From positions 4,588,001-4,652,000 of the forward strand of contig NC_088855.1 of the NCBI RefSeq assembly GCF_963853765.1: a DNA stretch of 64,000 bases, given 5' to 3'. The notes under the pieces are model-generated. The model did not search any database. It was not told the DNA's origin and was given only the letters and a program-made list of their open reading frames with translations. The position numbers and the translations under genes are program-made. Shown here piece by piece: positions 32,474-44,899 of the stretch. Numbering within the stretch: the stretch's first letter is position 1; every line of letters starts with the position of its first letter. Source of the DNA: Magallana gigas (taxonomy: Eukaryota).

Positions 32474-35400
32474 TCAGGTATCCATGGGATACACAGCCGA
32501 CGCTGTCCCTGGCGTGGCGAAGGACAATCCCGCACGTCTCTAAAAATGAACAAAGCACTGATTATAACAAAATCTGTAGGCAGTGTTACATTGTAAAAGG
32601 TTTAGCCTTAATAAAAAGCGACACAGGGAATCATAAATCTATAAATAAGTGCACAATTACCAAAAGGAAAGGAAAGACGCAGTACTTGTGAATCATTCAC
32701 CGGCATCGCGAGGTTAATGGTCGGATGACCGAAATCCAGAACATGCAAAGTTTCCTTACCCTAATTGTGACGTCCTCCTGCTCCTTCGAGCGGGAATCCT
32801 TCCAATGACCGCCTAGTAACTTCTCCGCCTTCTCCTACAAACAGATCATAACATAGTGCAAAAATAACACTTAACGCCTGATTGGAATGCATTCATATTG
32901 CGACGTATAACACTAGGTGTTCCCTACCTCGTATATCTTCAGCTTTGATTGTAGTTCTTTATTTCGTGACACATACTGAAAGAAAACGAATCAATAAAAA
33001 TCATAAAGAACGTTGATAGATTACACGTAAATTACTTCTATATTAAAACCATAAATCGCATGTATTACAGCTAAATTGACTGTATGGAGTATCCTTACTG
33101 TAATGAGCACTAAGGAAACAAAGACGACTAGGAAGAGCCCGTATGCAATGAGGAAGACGAGGAAAGCCCATTTGTCCATTGTCGCTTGTAGGTCATCGTC
33201 GAACCTCGTTATGACCGCGTGCCAGGCTATCACCAGCCAGTTAAAGAACATGTTGGCTAGGATAAACTTGTCCTACAAACATTACTACTTTGAATTTTAC
33301 ATACAAAAACACGTTAATTTATTATTATTAAAAAAATTTGTTACTTATTTAGGAAAAGTCCTTAAAATCAATATTTAGTGACAGACCAGATAGCATACGA
33401 TTTTAAGCTGACACTTGTAAAATTACCGATAAATATAGTATAATATGATTAAACATTTAGAGAATTTACAGCACTGAAACACTGACCAGGCAGGTGTGAT
33501 AGGATATTTTGGGGGAGATTAGCGTTCGTCGTCAGACGGAAGGTGACCGCCGTCAACATGAGAGTTATGGACAGCCCTAACCGGTTCTGAGTTAGGAAAT
33601 GTGGCGAAGGAAGTGACACATATAAGAGTCTGAAACAAAATAAACCTCGTGTTAACCTCAGAAAGATGAGACATAAAAGCTAAGATATACCAAGAAAGTT
33701 AATGAAATTCTTGCCATGATGACGATAACGTTCAAGACGAAGAATCCCGCGCGTCTGACTGCGCAACATACGACGGAAATGCCGGGAAATTTGGTGTTGA
33801 CGTTCCGTTTCTGAGAGAAGACTTTGGATTATGTGTAGGGTACGGAGGCCACGTAGTCACACAGGGACCACTCCTGGACGTCCACGAAGCATGACACATT
33901 GATGGTACTCAGCTCGTCCTTGTCCTCCTGGAACTCCAGATCAGTGGCGGGGAGCTCAGAGGTAATGACCAGGTTCAAATACTGCAAAAACACAAACAGA
34001 AACAAATCATATAGCATAGTTTCTGTCAAACCATTCAGTAGTGTATCGACCTGTACACATGCAGTAAAATACTAAATGCTAAATGGTAACAAACACAACC
34101 AAAAATCACGTTTATTTTTCATAACTATCAGCTTAATTGATGGTTGCGATTTAGAAGATTGATTTCTATATCTGGTACTTGGAAGTTTACGAACTGTAAT
34201 TCATTAACAGGGCAGCACAAATTAAACGCCACATTCTATGATTGCAATAGAGAGGGTATAGTTAATTAAAGTATTTAGCTCTTCCCTGTATTTAAAAAAT
34301 TAGCTAGAAAACATTCTGTTTGGTCATGCCCTGGTTGTGATAGAGAACAATCTGTTTGGTTATGCCCTGATTGTGAAAGAGAACATACTGTTTGGTCATG
34401 CTTTCAGTTTGATAGTGAAAGAGAACATTCTGTTTGGTTATGCCCTGATTGTGATAGAGAACATACTGTTTGGTCATGCCCTGAATGTGATAGAGAACAT
34501 ACTGTTTGGTCATGTCCTGATTGTGATAGAGAACATACTGTTTGGTCAAGTCCTGATTGTGATAGAGAACATACTGTTTGGTCATGCTCTTATTGTGATA
34601 GAGAACATTCTGTTTGGTCATGCTCTTATTGTGATAGAGAACATACTGTTTGGTCATGCTCTTATTGTGATAGAGAACATACTGTTTGGTCATGCTCTTA
34701 TTGTGATAGAGAACATTCTGTTTGGTCATGCCCTGATTGTGATAGAGAACATACTGTTTGGGCATGCTCTTATTGTGAGAGATTATATACCTGATATTGT
34801 TCTTATTGTTATAGAGGATACACTTTTGCACTCTCATTATGTGGTTTATAACAAACCTGGTGATCAAACGGAAAGTCCATCAGCTCTAGCTTCTCCGAGA
34901 ACTGTCCGCTAATTTTTCTTTTCTCCGTAATGAAAGCCTCACCATGGGGGTTAAAATTCAACTCTTTTAATACTTTCTTCTTCTTAGAGTCGATTACATT
35001 CTGAACAGATATTTTGGGACAAGTTCCTGTTTTCCAGATGCTGCAAAAAACGATTTACAAGAAAGAATAGTTATCTGCTTCTTATGATGTATTATATTGT
35101 TAAGCATATTTTTGAAAAAAAAAAATTTGAACTGCACATACTTGACTGTGATCCAATGCCGGTTCCCGCCATCTTGCCTGCACAAAGACATCGGCAAAGT
35201 ATTTCTCCTTGACCATGTCAATCTCCCCCACCTTCAGGAACTCCACGCGGATATAGACCGTTCTCTGTAACATGCAATAAAGAAAAGGTTAAAAAATCAT
35301 AAAGTGTAAACAGGAAGAACGGTAAAGCATGCACATGTAATAAGTCTGTAATCGTTATATCAAGGAAGTGACTATTTTTATCTACGAGACTTACCATGTA

Positions 35401-35559
35401 GCAGAGCAAAACAGTATATTACCAAACCTGAATAAATTTGATTAAAATCATTAAATACTGATGAGTAAACAACACTTTTCTTTACCAAACAGGATTTTAT
35501 CTGATTAAGGAAGTTTGTAAATATTTTGATCAATACAAAAGTCAGATTACCTTTACCAT
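32474..35559 (-). pseudogene. Cys-less pentameric ligand-gated ion channel, copy 1 (disabled)
   Basis: Same nine exons as copies 2 and 3, but with a 14-bp deletion in the loop-A exon (~35020), a premature TAA (~33831), and a 14-bp net deletion in the M1-M2 exon (~33590). Confidence 0.85.
34305..34800. repeat. 36-bp intronic minisatellite, ~14 units
   Basis: Consensus atagagaacatactgtttggtcatgccctgattgtg. Confidence 0.95.
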
Positions 35560-35791
35560 GGCTTCTTTTTCCTGATATATTCAGCTGAGATCAGTTCATT
35601 ACTAGGAAGTGGTTAAAATCAATATCTTTTCACCAGTATCAAACATTCCATTCAATATGTCCCTGAAAAGCAAGATTGGAACGATTATGTTAGTATGTGA
35701 ATATTTATATGACATGAAAACCAATCAAATATACCTAACGTTGATGACATTTCAAGGGGATTACTGAAAAAATTAAAAGGATTTAGAATCG

Positions 35792-38323
35792 ATTTTCCGA
35801 ATCCCCACTCCTCAATTAAAAATAATAATTGGTCAAGACAATTATGGGGCCCTCTAAGGGGACACAGGTAGACTTTACCTGTATATACTTTGGGACACCG
35901 GTAGACTTTACCTGTATATACTTTGGTTCAAAGGTAGACGACATTGTCTTATTTTTAATTTAAAAAAAATAAAAAACTGCAATAAATAGTGATAATGGCT
36001 GCATTTTCCTGACATTATATTAAAAGTACCATATCATTTAATAACCTAAATGTTTCAGTGAAATAAAATAATCATTAAATATTATTAAAAAAAATTAAAT
36101 ACATTTCTTCATTTTTAAAATTACATCTTAACAAAATAAAAATAAAACATTATATCTTAAGGTATAAATTAATATCAGAGATTTTAAATGATGATTATTT
36201 AAATTATGACGGAGATAAAATTATGATAAAAAAATCACTTTCTCAAACAAATCAGTCCAAGCTGTGAATAAATGAATGACATAAGCTTAAATATATTTTA
36301 ATTAATATGTCATAAAACCAAGTAATTGAACATCATTATGGTAAAAAAAATTACTTTGATATTTTTTAAATATTAGTTTTAAAATCAATTACTGTAAAGA
36401 TGTTGAACTGAACTCATCCAAGCTGTAAATAAATGATGTTAAACTGAACTCATCAAAGCTGTAAATAAATGATGTTGAACTGAACTCATCAATGCTGTAA
36501 ATGAACACAAGCTACAGAATTGTATAAAAGAAGGAAAGAATCCAAACATCATTACTTTTCACTCACAATGGCAAATGCACAGATCAACGTTAAGTTCATC
36601 ACCAGCAGACGAGGGGGACGTAATATCGCATTCAATGGCTACATTTACTGGGTAAATCGAAGGACGGACAACAAGATCTTCTGGAGGTGCATTACATCTG
36701 GATGTTTCGCCAGTATCTTAACAGAGAATGACACCCCCAAAGGTTTTGGACGACAGCAACACACCTATGCAGGGGACCACACTGAAGTTGTTGCCAAACA
36801 AATTATGACAGCCATCTCCAGAAGATGTACAGATAAAGTTAGGCCTATCCCCTCCATTTTCAGCGAAGAACTCAACAAACTCCGAGACAACGAATGGGAC
36901 GACACCAGCAGAGATCTCATCGAGAGGCTGCCGACTTTCAACACCGCCAGGTCATCACTCTACAGAGCCCGCAGGAAACAGACACCACCACTTCCAAAGA
37001 CTTCAGCAGACATCAGACTGGAGAGGAAATGGACAGAAACAGAGACGGGACAACCATTCCTTCTACTAGATGACATCTTCCAGAACATCAGGATACTTGC
37101 GTTTGCGACAACAGACAACCTTCAAGACCTCCCTGCCTCCGAGACCTTCTTCTGTGATGGAACCTTCTACACCTGCCCCAGCCTGTTCTACCAGATCTTC
37201 ACCATCCACATCATGACTGACGACCAGATGACGCATGCTGTGTATGCCCTCTTCCAGGAAAGAACCAAGCCACCTACACAAGACTCTTCACTCTCCTTTC
37301 CGACAAGATGAACGACCTCAGCCTACAGTTCTCTCCCACCAGTGCCCTTGCGGACTTCGAAACTGCAGTTCATAACTCCATCAGAGATGTTTTCCCCGGA
37401 ATCACCACCAAAGGATGTTTCTTCCATTTCACACAGGCTGTTTGGCGCAAGGCACAGATCACAGGTTTACAGATCCCCTACAGAGAAGATGACAACGTGA
37501 ATAAACTGATAAGGAGAGCAGCCGTCCTACCCCTAGTTCCTCTAGACAGCATCGAAAACGTGTGGTTCCAAGCCCTGGACGACCGCAATAAAGCCGACCT
37601 GACGGAAGTGACAGAGACCTTTACAGACTTTGTGACAGAACAGTGGGTGAATGGTGACAGACTTATTTGGAATCACTTCGGAACCAATGGACCACGGACC
37701 AATAACAACTTAGAAGCATGGCACGGGAAGCTGAAGAGGATGGCCCTACACGCGCACCCAAACATCTACACTGTCATCAAGATCTTTAAGGACATCCAGA
37801 ACAGCAAAGAAATTCTACAGATCCAGAAACAAGCAGAAGGAACCATTCGTCAACCGACAAAGAAGTACGCGAACATCAAGAGGAGACTGCAGACCCTGAA
37901 GGAGCGATACCATAATCGGCATTATGAATTATGCTTTTTAAAACTTTTTAAATATTTTGAATTGTTTTTTATGTTTTAGTCAACCATGTATTTATAAGTT
38001 AATTATAAAACAGAGCTATGTGTCAAAATAAAAGGAAAATTGTATATAAAATGTTATGCAATTTTAAAACATTATCTTAATGTTTAAAATTATATGTAGA
38101 GCCAATAAATTAAATAAATATATTAAAATTGATTCAATGTTTTCTTTTTATTTATGCAACAATTTTAATTATAAAGACATTCAACATTTAACAAAAAAGA
38201 CAAACTGTTATATTATTTTTCATGAAAACACAGGTAAAGTCTACCTGTGCCCCTTTAGAAGGCCACATAATTGCTTAGTATAATTGAATAATGATAATCG
38301 GGCAGAAGGCGTTCGGAGATGCC
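35792..38323 (+). mobile_element. Mutator-like (MULE) transposon with FLYWCH-MULE transposase pseudogene, copy 1
   Basis: ATG at 36568. FLYWCH-like GYIYWVN...FWRCITSGC...H; DDE core CDGTF / ADFE / NLEAWH plus CFFH. Frameshift ~37250 and a 3' deletion ~37910. Imperfect TIRs: ...caattatggggccctctaaggggacacaggtagactttacctg (left) versus caggtaaagtctacctgtgcccctttagaaggccacataattg...ggcgttcggagatgcc (right). Confidence 0.92.
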
Positions 38324-39521
38324 CAGATGTTTTAGCATTCCATAAATTGTTCATGGGTAATAGACAATTAGGTAGGTCATTCATTAGCTGCAAATCTATA
38401 GCTCTGGGAGAAACTTTGGTTTGACGGAGCATAGAGGACTACCAATTATAAAGATTAATCAGTTGAAAACTAGTCCCAAATTTTTGTATACCTAATAGAA
38501 TTGCAAGTTTTTTGTATGCAAAACACTGTAGTTCTATGGTCTGTTAACCAGAATTTTTAGGTAGAACTACAAATAAATTAATGTTACTCACGCATATCAC
38601 ATTTTTTTGGGTGCTGATCATCAAATATCTAATATATAATTGTCAGGCATTTCAACAGCTGACCTCGATCTGAAAACACAAGTGAAAAAGGAATATATAA
38701 TACAAAGTCTGATCAGCCATTGGAATCCTGAACCAGGGCAAAGACAATTATTATACTCAATAGAAAAGTTGATAGTGAAGGAGATCCTCAGTTTAATGTG
38801 CCTCTTTATCAATGAAGAAGGTGCGTTTGATCCCGCAGAGTACTTTAAATTTGCACATCTACATATCATGATGTCATTACTTTTTGAGGATGCATACGAT
38901 GTAGATGATCCCATTACACATGAAATATATGATTGTTTAGAAAACAGAAAAGATGCCATGAATGTTCAACTTTATGATTATTTTCCAATTTTGAAAACCA
39001 TCTATAATCAAAAGATAAGCCAACTTGAGGAAAGGAATGCCCTATTGACCAGATACCACCGATTTCTGGTGAACCAGCACAAGGATTCTTACAATCCCAC
39101 TGAATTAAGAGACCTTGTAGATCAGCTCCTGATTTTTATTGAGACAGGAAATGATCGTGAGTTATTTGACTCCAATGACATGGACAGCCTCATTCTAGAG
39201 TTAGCAGGGTGTACTTTTGTGTACATGTTCCCTGATTCTTTTATATGGTGGGTTTTTTGCAAATATTTGTCCATTTTTGTCAGGTTTCTAGATTCCAGTG
39301 GTAGATTGACCATCCCTGAGCACTTTATCCCCTTTGGCATGGGGGAGAGGCGGTGCCCGGGGGAGGCACTGGTCGATATGGAGGTGTACCTGTTCTTTAC
39401 ACACATCATGCATCAGCTCAATGTCCGGGCAGAAGGAACTATCCTGAATCTGGAGTCGGACTACAGACTGGCCATCCAGCCCAAACCTTTCAAGATTAGG
39501 ATCAGTAGTAGGGAAGATTGA
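38324..39521 (+). pseudogene. Cytochrome P450 copy 2 (5'-truncated, internal deletion)
   Basis: Only the last ~48 nt of exon 1 (38324-38371) remain. Exon 2 runs from 38647 to 39212, where an ~857-bp deletion removes most of helix I, helix K and exon 3. Exon 4 is 39284-39521. Confidence 0.9.
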
Positions 39522-41150
39522 AGCATATTTGATCGGCAGTAGTTGTAGCTACATTTAAAATAAAATGAGTTAAGATATTTAAGAATCTATTTTAGTAAAA
39601 ACTCTCACAAGAAAAATAGTGAAAGTGATGTGCCTTGTTAACGTTTAACCCATCTACTGGCAATGCTTGAGATCAAAGTTATGTTAATGTTGTAATCGTG
39701 TATTATATTTTGTTTCATTTACTTGTGGACATCAATTTGTCATAGATTTTGTGAAATCCACATTTCAAGAATAGATGTATTCATCATGTTCATGAGCAAT
39801 GGCTCTCCTAATACAATTTTTTGTCCTGTTTCTTACTTTGATGGAAATCAAATTTTGTTGATTGCTTAAATTATGTATTTTGTACATGAAAAAAGATTCA
39901 TACTGGTAATTCAGAGCATTATCAGTGAGCTTTGAAAATATCAAGTCACTGGTTCAAAACCAGTTGTGGCCACTTGATGTTTTTGGACAAGGTCCATCAA
40001 GGGGTACTCACTGACTCTTACTGACCCAGCACGTCAGACACAGGGTTACGGATCTGACCATTTGTACCTCATGGCTTGGAAAAGATTAAATAAATTAAAG
40101 ACATCAGTATTGGTTTGATTTAGAAGTTACGTGTAGCTACTATTGAAGATGTACTTAGGATTTAGTCAAACATTTTACAGAAATGGTACTGTGTATCATG
40201 GATGTTCATCAACCAATCATAGGATTTTTCTTAACCTGTAATAAATTTTATATAGAGAATCAATTGCCTGATGTATGATTGAAGTGTAAAGCTCAGGGGT
40301 TCCAGCAATTAAGTGCAATAGGCTGATGGATGGCTTTCCGCCCAAAACTTAAAGAATTAACAAAGGAAAAATAATGAAAGAGAATTTAAGATGTTCCCAT
40401 ACTAGTATATTGTTGACCGCATCATTAACGGTAATACATGTATTTTGATACATAGTGAACTATTTGATTAATCAGTTAACCAAAGACATATCAAAACTAC
40501 ATGTATTTTGATGTTTTGTGTCCGTATTACGTAAAGATTTTGTGATAGCTGAATTTATTGAAGTTTGACTGTGATAGCTGTAATTTATAAATACAGGAGT
40601 ATTACAAACTGGAGCATACTCATGTTGAAGTGTTATGATAGATCTTTTGATATACGTATGATGTTTATATACAATGATCTCCATTCTGATTAAAATTAGA
40701 ATTGAATCTAATTGTAATTTGATTGCAATGACCTTATAAAATTTTGAGTTTTTATGTCTATGGAAAATATGTTTGTGATTTGTGTAGATATAGTTACCCC
40801 CAAGATACGGTCAACTATCGACATAGTAACTTCTAGTCATTTTTTTTTCTGTTTACACTACAGTCATTTTTGAGTTTATATATGAACATTACATACATGT
40901 TTTAATTTGTGTATAATTATGTAGTTATCCCCAAGATAGGGTAATTTTTGGACATAGTAACTTCTAGTCATTTTTCTGTTTACACTACAGTCATTTTTAA
41001 AATGATTTATTTGTATTGGTTTAGTAACACAAATTGTAATTGTTGAATAAAGTGTTTAATAAATATAAAAAAAATCTACGTGTAAAGCTTTAATATGGTT
41101 ATCTTTGTGAAAGCTGAGAATGAAGCACGAACAGTATCTAATTATTGAGA

Positions 41151-41200
<50 letters not shown>

Positions 41201-41442
41201 CATCAGCATACATTTTCATTGTTTTGAAGTTTGCGTTTGTGTTTAGCTGTTGACACCAGGTAAAACAATGAAAACATTTCTGACCATGATGTGGTTTTTA
41301 GCAAGTTTTACGTTTTTTTTACCATTCATTTATATCACAACTCTTGGTAATTATGCATGAAAATGTATATATAAAAATAAAAGGAATGTCTTTAATTCAA
41401 TATCACAATTGTATTTGGTGGAGTCCAGACGGAGGCTGTGAT

Positions 41443-44400
41443 TCATGTATCCATGGGATACACAGCCGACGCTGTCCCTGGCGTGGCGTAGGACAATCCC
41501 CCACGTCTCTAAAAATAAACAAAGCACTGATTATAACAAAATCTGTAGGCAGTGTTACATTGTAAAAGGTTTAGCGTTAATAAAAAGCGACACAGGGAAT
41601 CATAAATCTATAAATAAGTGCACAATTACCAAAAGGAACGGAAAGACGCAGTACTTGTGAATCATTCACCGGCATCGCGAGGTTAATGGTCGGATGACCG
41701 AAATCCAGAACATGCAAAGTTTCCTTACCCTAATTGTGACGTCCTCCTGCTCCTTTGAGCGGGAATCCTTCCAATGACCGCCTAGTAACTTCTCCGCCTT
41801 CTCCTACAAACAGATCATGACATAGTGCGAAAATAACACTTAACGCCTGATTGGAATGCATTCATATTGCGACGTATAACACTAGGTGTTCCCTACCTCG
41901 TATATCTTCAGCTTTGATTGTAGTTCGTTATTTCGTAACACATACTGAAAGAAAACGAATCAATAAAAATCATAAAGAACGTTGATAGATTACACGTAAA
42001 TTACTTCTATATAAACACCATAAATCGCATGTATTACAGCTAAATTGACTGTATGGAGTATCCTTACTGTAATGAGCACTAAGGAAACAAAGACGACTAG
42101 GAAGAGCCCGTATGCAATGAGGAAGACGAGGAAGGCCCAGTTGTCCATTGTCGCTTGTAGGTCATCGTCGAACCTCGTTATGACCGCGTGCCAGGCCGTC
42201 ACCAGCCAGTTAAAGAACATGTTGGCCAGGATAAACTTGTCCTACAAACATTACTTCTTTGAATTTTACATACAAAAACACGTTAATTTATTATTATTAA
42301 AAAAGTTTGGTACTTATTTTTGGAAAAGTCATTAGAATCAATATTTATTAACAGAACGATTTTAGGTTGACATAAGAAAAAATTACCAATAAATATAGTT
42401 TTCATAATTAACATTTAGAGAAAATACACCACTAAAACACTGACCAGGCGGGTGTGATAGGATATTTTGGGGAGATTAGCGTTCGTCGTCAGACGGAAGG
42501 TGACCGCCGTCAACATGAGAGTTATGGACAGCCCTAACCGGCTCTCAGTTTTGTCGCAACTGACTGCGAATGTGGCGAAGGAAGTGACACATATAAGAGT
42601 CTGAAACAAAATAAACCTCGTTTAACCTCAGAAATTTGAGACATAAAAGCTAAGATATACCAAGAAAGTTATTGAAATTCTTGCCATGATGACGATAACG
42701 TTCCAGACGAAGAATCCCGCGCGTCTGACTGCGCAACATCCGACGGAAATGCCGGGAAATTTGGTGTTGACGTTCCGTTTCCGTGAGAAGACTTTTGATT
42801 CTGTGTAGGGTACGAAGGCCACGTAGTCACACAGGGACCACTCCTGGACGTCCACGAAGCAGGACACATTGATGGTACTCAGCTCGTCCTTGTCCTCCTG
42901 GAACTCCAGATCAGTGGCGGGGAGCTCAGAGGTAATGATCAGGTTCAAATACTGCAAAAAACACAAACAGAAACAAATCAAATAGCATAGGTTGTGTCAA
43001 ACCATTCAGTAGTGTATCGACCTTTACACATGCAGTAAAATACTAAATGCTAAATGGTAACAAACACAACCAAAAAATCACATTGCAACGTTTATTTTTC
43101 ATAAAAATCAGCTTAATTGATGGTTCCGATTTAGAAGATTGATTTCTATATCTTGTACTTGGAAATTTACGAACTGTAATTCATTAACAGGGCAGCACTA
43201 ATCAAACGCCACATTCTATGATTGCAATAGAGAGGGCATAGTTGAATAAAGTATTTAGTTCTTCCCTGAATTTAAAAGATAAGCTAGAAAACATTCCGTT
43301 TGGTCATGCCCTGGTTGTGATAGAGAACATTCTGTTTGGTTATGCCCTGATTGTGAAAGAGAACATACTGTTTGGTCATGCTCTAATACTGAAAGAGAAC
43401 ATTCTGTTTGGTCATGCCCTGATTGTGATAGAGAGCATACTGTTTGGTCATGCCCTAATTGTGATAGAGAGCATACTGTTTGGTCATGCCCTTATTGTGA
43501 TAGAGAGCATACTGTTTGGTCATGCCCTGATTGTGATAGAAAACATACTGTTTGGCCATGCACTGATTACTGTTTTGGCATGCCCTGATTGTGATAGAGA
43601 ACATTCTGTTTGGTTATGCCCTGATTGTGAAAGAGAACATACTGTTTGGTCATGCTGTAATAGTGAAAGAGAACATTCTGTTTGGTCATGCCCTGATTGT
43701 GATAGAGAACATTCTGTTTGGCCATGCCCTGATTGTGATAGAGAGCATACTGTTTGGTCATGCCCTGATTGTGATAGAGAACATATGATTTGGTTGTACC
43801 CTGATTGTGATAGAAAATAAACTGTTTGGTCATGCCCTGAATGTGATAGAGAACATACTGTTTTGTCTTGCCTTAATTGTGATAGAGAACATACTGTTTG
43901 GTCATGCCCTGATTGTGATAGAGAACAAACTGTTTGGTCATGCTCTGATTGTGACATGGAACAAACTGTTTTGTCATGCCCTAATTGTGATAGAGAACAT
44001 ACTGTTTGGTCATGCTCTGATTGTGATAGAGAACATTCTGTTTGGTCATGCCCTGATCGTGATGGAGAACATACTGATTGGTGTGCTCTTATTGTGAGAG
44101 ATTACATACCTGATATTGCTCTTATTGTTATAGAGGATATACCTTTGCATTCTCATTATGTTGTTAATAACAAACCTGGTGATCAAACGGAAAGTCCATC
44201 AGCTCTAGCTTCTCCGAGAAATGTCCGCTAATTTTTCTTTTCTCCGTAATGAAAGCCTCACCATGGAGGTTAAAATTCAACTCTTTTAATACTTTCTTCT
44301 TCTTAGAGTCGATTACATTCTGAACAGATATTTTGGGACCCCAGTAGTTGTCCAAGTTCCTGTTTTCCAGATGCTGCAAAAAACGATTTACAAGAAAGAA

Positions 44401-44899
44401 TAGTTATGTGCTTCTTATGATGTATTATATTATTGAGCATATTTTTGAGAAAAAAAATTTGAACTGCATATACTTGACTGTGATCCAATGCCGGTTCCCG
44501 CCATCTTGCCTGCACGAAGACATCGGCAAAGTAATTCTCCTTGACCGTGTCAATCTCCCCCACCTTCAGGAACACCACGCGGATATAGACCGTTCTCTGT
44601 AACATGCAATAAAGAAAAGGTTAAAAAATCATAAAGTGTAAACAGGGAGAACGGTAAAGCATGTACATGTAATACGTCTGTCATCGTTATAACAAGGAAG
44701 TGACTATTTGTATCTACGAGACATATATATTTACATTGTAGTAGAGCAAAACAGTATATTACCAAACCTGAATAAATTTGATTAAAATCATTAAATACTG
44801 ATGAGTAAACAACATTTTTCTTTACCAAACAGGATTTTATCTGATTAAGGAAGTTTGTAAATATTTTGATCAATACAAAAGTCAGATTACCTTTACCAT
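41443..44899 (-). CDS. Cys-less (Pro-loop) pentameric ligand-gated ion channel subunit, copy 2, apparently intact, ~371 aa
   Basis: Exons 44891-44899 (ATG GTA AAG), 44474-44596, 44176-44373, 42685-42951 (GC donor), 42445-42600, 42068-42241, 41897-41944, 41729-41803 and 41443-41508, all phase 0 and stop-free. Ligand-domain motifs IDTVKENYFADVFVQARWREP, YWGPKISVQN and LELMDFPFDHQ; four hydrophobic segments with M2 ESRLGLSITLMLTAVTF and M2-M3 LPKISY. The first and last small exons are less certain. Confidence 0.85.
43284..44120. repeat. 36-bp intronic minisatellite, ~23 units
   Basis: Same consensus as 34305-34800. Confidence 0.95.

Noticed and set aside
34304-34912. Long ORFs on both strands (187 and 191 aa) and equivalents at 43242-44231 and 54144-55654
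   Set aside because: They are translations of the 36-bp intronic minisatellite, break at unit slips, and differ in length between copies
41443-44899. Naming the channel as a GABA-A, glycine or nicotinic subunit
   Set aside because: No Cys-loop disulfide, no PAR or GEK motif and no large M3-M4 loop, so no gene symbol is justified
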